Origin: Geosiphon pyriformis uo1
Lineage: Eukaryota > Fungi > Glomeromycota
Length of the DNA stretch: 64,000 bases
Direction of reading: 5' to 3'
Assembly (NCBI GenBank): GCA_016748015.1
Contig: JAAOMT010000523.1
Span: forward strand, 124,001-188,000
The notes under the pieces are model-generated. The model was given only the letters and a program-made list of their open reading frames with translations, was not told the origin of the DNA and did no database searches. The translations under genes were made by a program, and so were the position numbers. This document shows, in pieces, positions 28,013-42,961 of this stretch. How positions within the stretch are numbered: position 1 is the stretch's first letter; each line of letters begins with the position of its first letter.

Positions 28013-29327
28013 TTACAATTTGTTGAAGGAAGCTACATCGACACTCTGAACATAATCTTCAAATGCGGTAATTTTCTCTTCCAAATCGTCTGAGGAAAAG
28101 CAAGAATCGTTTAGTCAGGTATTAATTTATATTATGATCAAGATATAAAGGTTGATTAGGAATTAGTTTATCGTACTTACCAACACCAACTTTATCATCT
28201 TCGATTACACATCCTATTTGTAATTTACGAATACCATACCCGACGGGAATGAATTTGCTCTGACCCCATACCAACCCATCAAGCGAGATACTTCGCACCG
28301 ATTTTTCCAACTCCTTCATATCGGTCGTATCGTCCCACGGTTTGACGTCCAAATTCACCATACTCTTAGCGACCACTTTCGGCTTCGTTGCTTTCTTTGC
28401 ACGATACTCGGCCAAACGCTGTTCTTTCAGCCTTTCAGCCTCAGCATCTTCTTCCTCATCAGACCCGAAAAGATCAATATCATCATCATCACCGCCTTCT
28501 TTCACGGTTTCGGCAAGGGCCTGAACCACCTCAGGACCGTAATGTGACGCGTCCTTGCTAGAATCTCCAGGCAATGAATCAAATTCGTGCGAGTATGAGG
28601 CGATTTGATGATACCAACGAGCCGCATGTGGATATTTCTCGGCGTTCGGAACTTTTCCATTTAACGCTTTGAAAACCGCAACATCAGCTTGAGTCGGCTC
28701 GTAGCTGGTAAAGTATTTCCCAGATCGATTAATTAGTGTCGAATATTATGTGACAAAAATATTTCTGGATAAATAATTTGCAGGGGGGGGGGAAGGTCGA
28801 TTTTGATCAAAAAATACTGGAATCACACAAAAATCATTAATTATTGCATCAGAATATGGTTCTATTTGGGTTTCCTTCAGTCTGCGGGGTCTTAAGTCCG
28901 CCTCAGAAACACGGACCAATTAATATTCATCATATGAATAAGATTTTTTAATGTGGTATCATTGAAGCTGATTTCCTAAATAGATCTGATGATATATGAT
29001 AGATAATTTACCCTTGAATATAAGACCTTTCTTCTAGGAAGCCGTTAAGGACGTTGAGACCAGTGTCGTTTTCAAGTTGTGTAAAACCCTGGTTTTATTT
29101 TGAAAATGAAAGTCCAAAGAAAAATTGAGACAATTTATCAATGAAAAAATTATCAGGAGGGTGGTTGCACCAAAACAATTTTTTTTTATAAAATCAGAAC
29201 TTTTTTCATGTAATCCAAAAGCGCTTTGTAAGTTAGGTTGTTTCTTTTTTTTAACGCTTCAGGACTTTGAAAATTTGTTTTGAGTATGCCAAATGATTCC
29301 AGTCAGGAAGGATTCTGAACTTACCAT
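28013..29327 (-). CDS. EFB1: Translation elongation factor 1-beta; exons 29327-29325 (ATG only), 29088-29012, 28704-28181, 28089-28013
   Basis: [66 protein letters not shown]. Confidence 0.97.
28845..28937 (-). ncRNA. Box C/D snoRNA U18 (snR18) in EF1-beta intron 2
   Basis: C box ATGATGA (28933-28927); guide TTGGTCCGTGTTT followed by D' CTGA, complementary to conserved LSU rRNA AAACACGGACCAA; terminal D box CTGA (28852-28849). Yeast snR18 is likewise hosted in the EFB1 intron. Confidence 0.93.
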
Positions 29328-29613
29328 TATCGTAGAAATGAAATTGGGAAGAAGTTAAAAAGTTTAGAACTTTGGTTTGGCCCTCAATTTTTGACTTTTT
29401 TGCCACGTTTTTGATCATTATATCTATCAGATCAATGTGTCATATGACAAAAAAAGTTTTTTAACCCGATTTTTTCTTTAAGAGTAATATCAAAAATACT
29501 GACCATATTTCTTCAATAATCTTTTTACTTTTCAGACTTTTTGCTTGTTTTATCTGGTTTAATTTAACAAACAATAAGAGTTCTTCTAGCAACGAATCAG
29601 TAGAGTTTACATA

Positions 29614-30072
29614 ATGCGAGAAGAAACAAAGGTAGATTGAAAGAAAAAACTTTGGGTAGTTATATTTATTTTTTCTAGTTTTACCGTTAATACAATTCCC
29701 ATGATCTTGGTATCTTCTAGGAAAAAATCATTAAGGCTACTGAGATCGTGAAAACAATTATACACTGGGGTTTCATCCCATTCGTGATATATCTTGGTAG
29801 TTGTAGGAATTTTTTCAAATTGATTCTTTTTGATTCATATAATCAAATAGTATAATGTTTACTTTCTTCGATTTTATGATCACTGATTTCCCAACTTCCC
29901 ATATGTAATTTTGTTTAAATACGATCTTCTACCATTGGATATAGGATATACGAGAAGCAACCCAAGACCGTCACTCATCCGGTTAGTCTCGATCTCTTAT
30001 TCTTTTATCTTTTTCTCGAGTAAAAACTGGATTTTAATGATTTCTTATAGGATGGTCAGTCCTCTTGCATGA
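29614..30072 (+). CDS. TOM7: Mitochondrial import receptor subunit Tom7 (4 small exons; absent from the ORF track)
   Basis: Spliced MREETK|EKIIKATEIVKTIIHWGFIPFVIYLG|YTRSNPRPSLIR|MVSPLA*. Confidence 0.93.
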
Positions 30073-30410
30073 GCCTATGTCGTTCAAGCACCGATTTAGA
30101 CGAAGAAATAACAATTTAACATGCTCAGACAAGGTAATACTCGAAAATTTGTTGTTCCTTGACGAAATCAGCGGTTTGCAGCACCATATAATCAGACACA
30201 AGTTATTTTCTTCACTAGACATCAATGTTTAAATGAAATATTAGGGTTGACAAATTATGTGAGCCTCAATCATAACATCTGTTATTTCATAGAGTTGACT
30301 TTTTAGGATTGAATTGTTGATGAGTTATTACCAACAAATGTAAGATAAAGATTTTGTCTATTAAATATATTTCGTCTGCTAAATGAGGCTTCGTTCGAAA
30401 CTGATTTGTA

Positions 30411-32299
<1,889 letters not shown>

Positions 32300-33049
32300 G
32301 TTTGACTATTTGATTTTGTTTCTGATAATATGGAAGGGCAGGTTAAAGTGAATAACAGCGTGGAAAAAGGGGAAATTGAAAAGGAGGCCGCCTTTTAAAG
32401 AGGTAGCTTAAAAGGCTGAGAAAACGCCGTCAATGAACAATTATTCAAATAGGAACATAAATCAGCAGACTATCACAAGATTCGCCTTTATAAACGTTTG
32501 GGATGATGAGTTTATTAGTATTTTGTGCGCTGCAGCAGCCAAGAATGTAAAAGGGAGATTTTTGATGGGGATCTTTTTGTCAAAGTATTAAAAGTTTGTG
32601 GCCAATAAATAACTCGTCACCTTGCAGTAAAAGTTACGTACTTTGATGCCCGAGTTTGATGAATATTGCTGGGTGTCACTGTATCATAATATCACGTGAA
32701 TTTAAAACGTATATTAAAAAGAAGTTTGAATAAAAAAAAAAAGGAAAAGCAATTATTTTCCATTCTAAAAGTTTTACTATCCTTTTTTAAATAATTCAGT
32801 GATCACAATCTGCAAAAATTTTCCGACTTTTTCAATGCGACCCCAATTAGCTATAAACATGGGTATTTTTCGTTTAGTTCAAAGAATATATAACTTTCTC
32901 AGGAAGTGAGTCTTTCTCTTTTGGTTTCAGAATATTCCATGTCAAAAAATGGATAAGTTAGTCAACAATTTTAAGTGACAATATAGATTATTGTCGTTGT
33001 CGTTGTTGTTGTTGTTGTTGTTAATTATATATCAATCCAATTTCATATT

Positions 33050-34066
33050 TTATTGGCTTTTATGAAATGTGGGTGGTTGATATCTAAGAAAGAATAGAGA
33101 GCTGATAAAAATTTATTTAAAGTGAAAGGAAAAGATGAAAATTATATTTACCCTCCTTTTGTTTCGAATTCCGATATTTGTTGGGTTGATAAATGGATTT
33201 TGATGAAAGGAATTTGAATTTTGTCACTGTAAAAGTTTCCACTTTTAGTTAGTAGATGTAATTCGAGAAATATTAATGGTTATTATATATATTACATAAT
33301 TTGAATCAATAACATACTCAGAATCTATAAAGGTTTGAGGATCCCTGATCTTGGATTTGTCCTCCAATTCGATTGGTTCCCATCCAATCATGTTATATTG
33401 ATGTAGCTTTCCATCCATATTTCTTTTAATGATCTCAGCAATCGAGATGGTTTTATTGATAGTATCACCTTTTCCATGTAAAGTAACCAATTTCCTAGTG
33501 CAAGTTTCCATTGATCTTTTCTTTCCCTTTCCCTTTTGATTTTGGGAATTAGATATTGATATTGAAGAAATAAGAGGTTAGCCAATTATTTAGTTTCATT
33601 ATATAGGAGGAGGAGGAGGATGATGAGTCAAAGAACTTAAAGTTAATAATAAATCGGTAAAACAAGTTGATTCCTACTTTGTTTGTTTCGATCTCAGTTT
33701 CTTCAGATTTGAAAACATCCAAAACACCTTTTGTATAGCCTGATATTTTACCACCTTTAGAGATAATCATCAACTTATTTGGAATAAATCCTTCTGTCTT
33801 GGAATCATTCAAAATTGTGGATTTAAGCTTTTTTCGCACCTTTGATTTCTTAAATGGTCTTGTGGGTGGATTAACATTATCTTTTTCCTGATCTTTTATA
33901 ATGGAAAATGATTGATAGAATGAGGACAAATATGCAAACAAATGAGATAAATTATAGAAAGATTATTAGAAAAGAGGAAAGATTTAAGGTTGAGAATTAA
34001 AATGCAAGATTATTATTATTTTTTTCACACATTCTCTAAAATCATGGGCAAAAATTCCCATGACAT
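33050..34066 (-). CDS. Alba-fold protein, Rpp25/Rpp20-like (RNase P/MRP); start codon uncertain
   Basis: ISKGGKISGY, VTLHGKGDTINKTISIAEIIKR, LHQYNMI, IPFIKIHLS, C-terminal GYQPP. Confidence 0.72.
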
Positions 34067-34778
34067 GAAGAAAATCCGGGGAAAACCCCTTTTTTGAAAC
34101 TCAACTTTGTTGTTTTGGGAAAGGAATTGGAAGTTGACTGACAGTACTAGGGCTTTGGTTTATAGGATTGGACATGGTTTAACTTTTTTGATTTTTTACG
34201 GAAGGATCAAAAGAGTTTTAATTATTTCTGTGAATTAATGATTGGTTGATCTTTTTGCCAAAGATAATTAACAGATACGATCGATCATATCCTGCTGCTA
34301 CTGCTGCTGCTGCTTACCAAAATTAAAAAAAGATGATTGAGGAAAAATGAAACAATTTGATACTGGAAGATTGTCCTATTCCTTTTATTATTTTCTAACG
34401 CTAAAATAAGAATGTTGTGCGTGTTTGAAGTGGTAAATAAAGCAGTCCAAACTTTCCCAAGAATAACGGTTACTGCGCACTAGTTGTAACTGCAAAAAGT
34501 TTAATGCAAAAAATTATATAAAATTAAGTTGATCTACTTAGATCCCCACTAAACTAAATTTAAAAATGGTTTTATTAAAACAGAACCTTTAAGTTCTTGA
34601 AATCAGATTCATCACTTAAAAAAAGCCTGATAATTAATTCCGAAATTGGTCAAGATTTGACACACCTGCCTGCTTAACTGAAAGATTTAAATATTTTAAA
34701 TCTAAGCAGTAGTTTTAAAACGAAGAACAAAACATGATGGGAAAAATGAAATCGCAAGATACCTAATAATTAATTAAC

Positions 34779-35692
34779 TTACAGGCAATCATCCACAAGG
34801 ATGAAATCTTCTAAAGACCCTTTATATTTGTTGAAAGTTTGTTTAGAGTGGTTAGGACAGTGAGCGGCCGTGATGTTGGGAGAGCTAGAAGTACTTGAAC
34901 TTGGTGTAGAATTTCTGCTTTGCACAGTGGCATTAGAATAGGGGGACGACATTGGTGAATACCCTCGATCCACATCATTGGCTTGCGACTTATTAGCCTT
35001 ATTTTTATGGGTAAAGCTTTCAAAAGTTTTATTTGTAAAACTTTTGAGGCTAGGACGGCTAATGTCTTCATTTCTGGTTTGCTCCGATATCCTTAAGGTG
35101 TTGGCAACGGGACTAAATGAGGGAGCAAGATTTCCTTGGTTTCGAGCCGAAACATCAGAAATTGGAGCAATAAAATAATGATAACCAGCTGGCAATGGGA
35201 GAAGTTTGTTTGGTTGAACAAACGTTTCAATCGGAGATTGAGGTCGTTGTTGCTGCTCCTGCTGTTGCTGTTCCTGTTGCTGCTGCTGGTGCTGGATTTG
35301 TTGCATATATTTTCTAGCGCATGTGCGGGTACAATATTCATGTTTGCGTCCATTGGGCTCTACATAGACGGGAAGATTGCAACCATGGATTTTGCAAATT
35401 TGTGAATCCTCGAGAGTAGAAAGATACAAAGGTGGTGAGGTAGAGCGATTAACGCGACTTATCGGTTTTGAACGATTTCGACGTTGAGCGCAAGTAAATG
35501 AGCAAAAAGGATGCTGATTTCCATATTGATCAACATATATGGGTTTCTCACAACCAGGGATTTTGCACAGATTTTCATTAGCTGACAAGCAAAAGAATTT
35601 TTTTTTTTGAAAATGATTTAAAAATTGAAAAAGTGGCCAATAGATAATAAAGTTGAAAAGCAAAAAGATAAGATGATATTACCATGACACAT
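34779..35692 (-). CDS. Hypothetical protein with two C-x3-GC...H-x2-C-x3-CA Zn-binding repeats and a disordered Q/S-rich tail; exons 35692-35683, 35581-34779
   Basis: CKIPGCEKPIYVDQYGNQHPFCSFTCA and CKIHGCNLPVYVEPNGRKHEYCTRTCA; GT-AG intron gives MCHANENL. Confidence 0.7.
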
Positions 35693-37530
35693 TGTTAAAT
35701 TGGAAGTTAAAAGAGGTGTCTACATTAAAGAAAAAGTTATTAATGCTAGGCTTTTTATAATAGTCAGAAGAACTATTAACACCAATTTATCAATTAATTA
35801 GAATGGTAATGATTCAAATGATGCAAATATAAGGTTGATAAATTAATGTCCTTTCATTCGTCTTTTTTCTATGACGCGAAATCTAATAATTTTGACCCCA
35901 AACAATTCAAGATCCCAATAGCGTGATTTAATGGGTTTAACTCCCTCGATGATGTATAATTGGAGAAGCTTTTTCGTGTTTATCATTATTTGGAGAATCG
36001 CGATATTAAAAAGTTATGGGAATTATCAACCCCGATTCTCTTTGACTATACAAAAAAGCAATAAACCAGAAGAAAAATAGTTTTATCATACATTTAGGTT
36101 GTAAAGAAAGTATTTTATAGACTAAAATTTATATGAAATTAAGGAAACTAAATTTAAAATAGACAAGAACTGGTATTTATAAAAGAGTATTTAATTGAAA
36201 ATTCAATTTGGATTCATGCGTGCACACTCATATTTTCACGATGAGAAAAACATATATTTGTGATTTTAAAATTTTTTAAAAAAAAATTCATGTTAAAAAA
36301 TAATTTTTGTTCTACCCAAATGGGACTGATCGTCTAGGAGATTTTGAGATTTTTTTTTTCCAAGTTTTTCACTCCTTTTCTTACTTGAACCTTCTCCCCC
36401 CCTCCCCTCCCATCATGTGATTTTTTGCGCTCAAATTGACCCCTTGGGAGGCTTTCTCCCTATTACAAAAAATATAAAGTTAAAAGAAATATGAATTAAG
36501 ATTAAAACTAAAGCTAAAATCAAATCAAAACTAGAATTAAAAGATCCTTGCAATCGCACTTCTAGACCTCTTTGAGTCTACATATTTGAGAGGGATCCTT
36601 TTACTAAATTTTAATATTTCCAAATGCTTCATCCTACGAATATTTGTACCTTCTCCCAAGATACAAGGCTCGGAGTCGTTGGGATTTTGAGGCTGCTCCT
36701 CCAGTCGGCCCAATTCAAATCATTCTGGGAATCATTTTAATATTTATTGTCCATTGTTTCACTTGGTAAAAATGGTCAGTAAGGCAAATTTTGTTAAAAT
36801 AAAAAAGCTACGGTTTAAATAAACATTTGTATGGCTAACATTTTAAATGTCCAATCGGGATGATTATAAATGAAGCTTTCACGTGTTATGAGAATCTTTG
36901 AATGGGTGGAAAAGAATCATATTTGGTGAAAAAGACTTGACCATTTTTTCTATTTTGAAGTGGCTCTCAAAAAATCAAAAAAACCCGAATTTGAATTAAT
37001 TATCTTTGATTCTCAGATTGGTTGGTTAAAAGAAAAGAGATTTCCTTCTTTATATTATGGCTTAAGATGACGTAGACGAGTTAATTAATAGTTCGATGCT
37101 TAACTGAAATAGGATTTTGGTATTTGGTTGAGTGAAATTATCATTCATTCATTAAAGGGTTCTTAATATTTGCGAAACCCAACCTGGTTTGGTTTTGAAT
37201 AAGTGAACACGAAATTGAGAATTTTTTATATCTCGTTTTATGGCAATTTCAAGTTCAGATGTGATTATTTGAGGCGACACAATTCGAAGTTTTGGAATCT
37301 TGGGTTTTTTTATTTGGCAGACTACAATGAAATTCCAAATTTAAATGGTTGAATAATGGAGATGTTTTTTTTATTTTTATTTTTTTATTATCAAGGATTT
37401 AATGAAAAAAAAAGTATAAATTTAAAATAAAAAAATTTAAATTAAATTAAATTAATGATAGATGTTTTTTTATACGCTTTTAATAAAAAGCATTAGCGTT
37501 ATTGTTATTTTTATTTGTAATTATTTGTAA

Positions 37531-37721
<191 letters not shown>

Positions 37722-38528
37722 CGTGATAAAAAAATTCGTGAATTTGATAAAATCTGTTGGTTTTTTTTTTATAAAATATTATATATTATGATAATTAATT
37801 TCCAAATGAATTTTTTTTTTAAAAAAAGTAAAAAATTAAATACAAAAATAATTTCAAAATTTTTCATTAATTGAAAAAAATAAATAAATAATGGTTTTGG
37901 ATTTTTTGTGTTTAAGTTTTTATGAGAAATCCAAAAATGATAATAATAAATAATAATAATAAATAAATAAATAGTTAAAATATACTTTATATTATAAAAA
38001 ATATTATAAGATAATTAATTTTTTTATATTGTTATCACTCCAATGTGATTGAACGTTTATCCCGGGATTCTGGCAACCTGTTTGCTGCAAGAACAACTTA
38101 TGTGTAGTACAACGGCGTGAGAGTCACAAGGAAAGACCGCCCATTTTCTAAAAAAACTCATCAGGTCCCTGATCTCCATTGGTAAACGAGTGTCATTAAA
38201 GAGTGTTGGTGAAGAATAGTTAAAATAGTTAAAAAATGAAAAAACTTTTGACTACCAGACCCAAACAATAAATAATAATTTCAACCACTCAATCACCGAA
38301 AATATCTAAATTTATCTCTGACTCACCCACCGCTCCCAAGATTTCACCCTTTTGTTGCAGTGAAAAAAGAACCTGCCACTTACTTTTGCATTAACTGACT
38401 ATTTCCACCGTCTGTTAAACTTCGTGCAAAAAACACTGAACATACCTTAAATCTGTGAAGAGTATTTGTTTTATTATTGTTTGACCATCGCCCCTATCCC
38501 TAGGACCTCGTCGCCTTCGCATTTCATC

Positions 38529-40205
38529 ATGTCCTTCCCTACAAATACGGAAAACATTTTGACCTATCCAGAGCCAATGCAAGCCGATTTGCTAAACGAA
38601 CAAGACACAAAGCTTCTTACAGATTGGTTCAACACCCTGGCGACCGAAGAACCTCCTGTTGCCTTTGGAGGTGAGATAACTGATTTTTGGCAATCATATC
38701 CAAAGCAATTGTAAAAACAAAGACATTTATCAAGTTTAACTTTATCAAACTCAAGCGCTTACATTACCTTTCTTGTTCTGGTGGAAGGTCCTTCCCAAAC
38801 TTTAATATCGTCATCAAGAGGGCATCAACCAGGTTATGGAGCAGCGTTTGAGGCAGTATCTCCCTCATATACTGGAGCAAATGGCTTCATATATCCAATA
38901 GCTCCTCAAGGAATCACCATATCTAACACTCCCTATGGGACGCAAAATTTTCAAAATGGCTCGCAAGTTATGCACAATGCCTTTGTCCCAGCATATCCCA
39001 TAATGTCTCATCAGCTTGGACCACCTATTCACAACACGAATGGATTTCACCATGTTGTCAATGGGAATGGTATGGGTGGTGGAAAAGGGAAACTTCTTGG
39101 TGGTGGTCCAATGTACATAAAAACAGAACCCTCGATTCACACAAGAAGGAAACATTCTATTTCATCGTCTTCAATTCATGTAAGGGGTTCTTTGTCATCA
39201 TCCAAGAATCATCACTCTCCAAAACGATCGAATTCTGCTCGACGACCAGCAAAAAATTCAATTGATAACAATACCAGCAATGATAACAATCCTCTGATGA
39301 TTTCTAACGAAAATAGACTAGATGAGATGTCATCCACGTTAAATATATCACTACAACAACAACAACAACAACAAGTATCCTCCTCGTCCTCAAACACTTT
39401 AGAATCTGCGCCTGTTGCGTCATCATCAAACGTAGATATACCATCATCACCAAAATTAGATTCTCAAGGAGAAACAAGTTCAAACCCTACAACTTCATCA
39501 AATCGTGGTGGGCGGGGTAAAAAAGTTCATCATGAACTCTTAACAGAAGCCGAAAAAAAGGCTAACCATATTGCGTCTGAACAGAAAAGGCGTCAGAACA
39601 TTCGTATGGGTTTTGATCAATTAGTTGAGATTGTGCCAACACTGAGTCAGTGTCATCGAAGCGAAGCTTTAATTCTACAAAAATGTATGTGATTTTAGAA
39701 TTTGAGGTGAAGGTGAAATTTTTACGGCAAAGAATGTGGGAAACAACTATTAAAATTTTGCAAGTCATTTCTTAATTGGAGAAATTGCAAAATGTAGAAA
39801 GAGAAACCAAGGCTGGAATATTATGGGCTCATTAACCCATCTTTATGCATTTCTATGTGTAGCTGTTGAATACATCCAACAACTTTTAATAGAAAAAAGT
39901 GATCTCAAGGACCGTGTAAAATCTTTACAGGCTACCTTAGGTGACGGGTAAGTCTGATTTTTGGCTTCTGATTTGTTTCAAAAAAAAGAAAAAGATAGAC
40001 TACCAGAAATATTTTAACAAAGCCCTATTTTATTTCGATACACTTTTTTGGAAAAAATGATTTCCCAAAATTTAGACATGACCACTTAAATGACTCGGTA
40101 GGTTTTTTTATATGTATCCATCAAATTCTTGAACCCCTTTAAATTTTTATTCAAAATTTATCAATTTTTTAGTCTTCGGATGGTGAATTAGATCTCATTT
40201 TTTAA
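38529..40205 (+). CDS. bHLH-ZIP transcription factor, Ino2/Ino4 (Mlx/Mondo-related)-like
   Basis: ELLTEAEKKANHIASEQKRRQNIRMGFDQLVEIVPTL...SEALILQK|SVEYIQQL; N-terminal LLNEQDTKLLTDWFNTL; 5 exons. Confidence 0.85.
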
Positions 40206-40625
40206 GAAATACGAGAAACTCCGGAAGCGCCGCCCTTTTAAAATATAATTTACGTGAGATATACAGTAGACATCAATTACCGCAAGTGTTTGTCGAGATC
40301 TCTTTAGTTAAATTACAAAATTACAAAATTTCTTGCTGCTTATCCCACTATGACGTTTATTACCATCAAAAATTCCTTTATCACCTCATTTTGTACTATA
40401 AAATCATATGAAGTTCTATTCAGTGAAATTTTTTTCAAGTTACTCTGATCAAAATGTTTCCATCACACACAATAAAGAGGGCTGAAGTTTTGGATTTCTC
40501 AGATATAATTCATCATCTGATTTGAATAAGATTGAATCTTTTAAATGTTTGATCATGTGACTAAACTTTTTTTTTAAGTTAAAAATATCATTTATCCCCA
40601 ATTTTTTTTCTAGAGTAAGCAGGCC

Positions 40626-42461
40626 ATGACTTCAGCTAGGACTCCACTTGAGGATACACTACATTCAATCAGAACCAGGGTTTTGATTGAAGCAGATAGA
40701 GTCTCTAATGCGTGTAATCGAAAAGCTTTATTTTCTAAAGGCGATCAAACTAGCGGACAAATTCTAGACGTTCACTCTCTTCTTTAATTCCTAGGTGTCT
40801 TCCATTGATTTTCCTGGAATTTTTCCAGGCGCTGATTTCGCTTGGGACTTGAAGGAATTCAAGCAGGTATTTTGTTAAAGAAATGCAGCTAAATCTCAAT
40901 GCAATTGCTCATTCTTAAAATCTACAATAGAAATTTAAAATTGTTATAAACCGCACTTCAAACATGGAAATGGAATTTGATATGATAGGTGTCGATGCCT
41001 CATTAGCTAATGCCCTCCGAAGGATTATGTTAGCCGAGGTATATCATTTCTTCATTACTGTGATGATATTTCCACAAAAACTTCACATCTGCCATATAAA
41101 TTATTTTCATTCACCCTACAGGTTCCGACAATGGCCATTGAAACTGTTTATATGTTTGATAATACATCAATAATTGTAGATGAAGTACTCGCGCATCGGT
41201 TAGGTCTAATACCGATCAAAGTTGATCCTGTATTTTTTGACTACCGAAAAAGTAAGTATTCGTTTTTCCTTTAGCATGTGCAAGTCTTGAAAATTTTAAT
41301 CATTCATCTTTATAAATTCTGTGTATAGAGGGCGAAGAGACGACCAGTAGAAATACAATTGTTTTCAATCTCAGAATCCAGTGCACTGAAAATCCAAATA
41401 TTACGAAAAACGAAACCAATCCGCAAATTAAGTACACAAATTCAAATGGTAAGAAGTCATTAGCATAGGACCTTTCTCTGAAGTCTTTATAATTCCATCT
41501 CTTTCTTCTTTGTAGTTTATTCCGGCGACTTAAAATGGGATCCAAAAGACGATGAAATTCAGAATGATTTCAAAGCTGATCCAATAAGACCGGTAGACGA
41601 TGACATTCTCTTGGCCAAATTGAGACCTGGACAGGTAAAAGTAATCTAGAGAAAAATATTTATCATCTTTTTAATCTATTATCTTTAACTTAATCTCCTT
41701 TTTTTTTTTTTTTTTTTGAAAAGGAGATTTACTTGGTAGCACATTGTGTAAAAGGGATAGGGAAAGAACACGCAAAGTGGTCACCAGTCGGTTAGTTCAC
41801 TTTTTTATAACTGCCCAAATAGTTTTCATAGGGCGATATCGACGCTTCCGTAGTATTTAAATAATTCCGTCAACTTCATGGATGTACAGCAACCGCGTCA
41901 TACCGATTGTTGCCCGAGATCATCCTTAAAAAGGAGATAAAGGGTGAATTAGCAGAAAAATTCGCCGCGTGCTTTGCTCCTGGGGTTGTAGAAATTGTCG
42001 AAGATAATGGTTCGATGAAATCACTGTTTTTCAATTAATTGGCGAATCGGTCATATCATATCTTTAATCATCATTTTGATAAAATAGGGGAAAAAGTTGC
42101 CAAAATTGTGAATCCACGAAAAGATACTGTCAGTCGTGAAGTTTTGCGTCACAAAGAATTTCAAGATATAGTAAAATTGACACGAGTTCGGGACCATTTC
42201 ATATGTGAGATATCAATTATTCTTTCGTTTGTTCTCAAAATAAAAATCGCATCGTTCGGTTTCTCATTTACTACCCTTAATCATCATCATCATCATCATC
42301 ATCTATTTGGTTTTAAAGTTAACATTGAAAGCACTGGCGTCTTGCCTCCGGAAATCATATTTCAGCGTTCCATTGAGATATTGAAAGGAAAATGCCTCCG
42401 AATGGGAAATGCGCTGGCGGCAAAATTAATAGTCCTCAATCAAAAAATGGACGAAGATTAA
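40626..42461 (+). CDS. RPC40: RNA polymerase I/III shared subunit AC40
   Basis: RVSN|[84 protein letters not shown]. Confidence 0.96.
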
Positions 42462-42961
42462 AATTTTTGATACTCATTTGTACAACTATTACATATAGCT
42501 TTTTCATTGGGCAGCCAAGAGTGAGATCTGGAATAACAGATCTCCATTAACCCTTTCCCGGACCAAGCATAATGATTCAAAGATCAACATAGTAAGAACT
42601 TGGTTCAACGAGAACCCCCACGAGGCTTTTTTTTTGCATTTAGTAGCAGTTAATATACATCGCAATTTATGATTAGCAAGCTTGCGCATTTTTATGCCGT
42701 ATTTTTTTTTTGACCAATAAAAGCTGTCTGGACTTTTGATCCAAAAGTTCACGGTTTATGAGCATACAGCATCAGTTATAACAGCTTATGATAAATAACC
42801 ATTTTTCCTTTTTTTGTGTGTCAACCTTTTGTTAAGGGCTTAGCAGTTGGCCATCCATCCATTTTTTTTTTTTTACACTGTAGGATATTTTTCTTTTCAC
42901 ACTGAAGAAAGATCCGTTCCCCCTCTTTATCTTGTGCTCTTATTCTTCAAATTAGAATAAA

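Noticed and set aside
29089-29324. A second snoRNA in EFB1 intron 1
   Set aside because: Several CTGA motifs but no convincing C box or rRNA complementarity seen.
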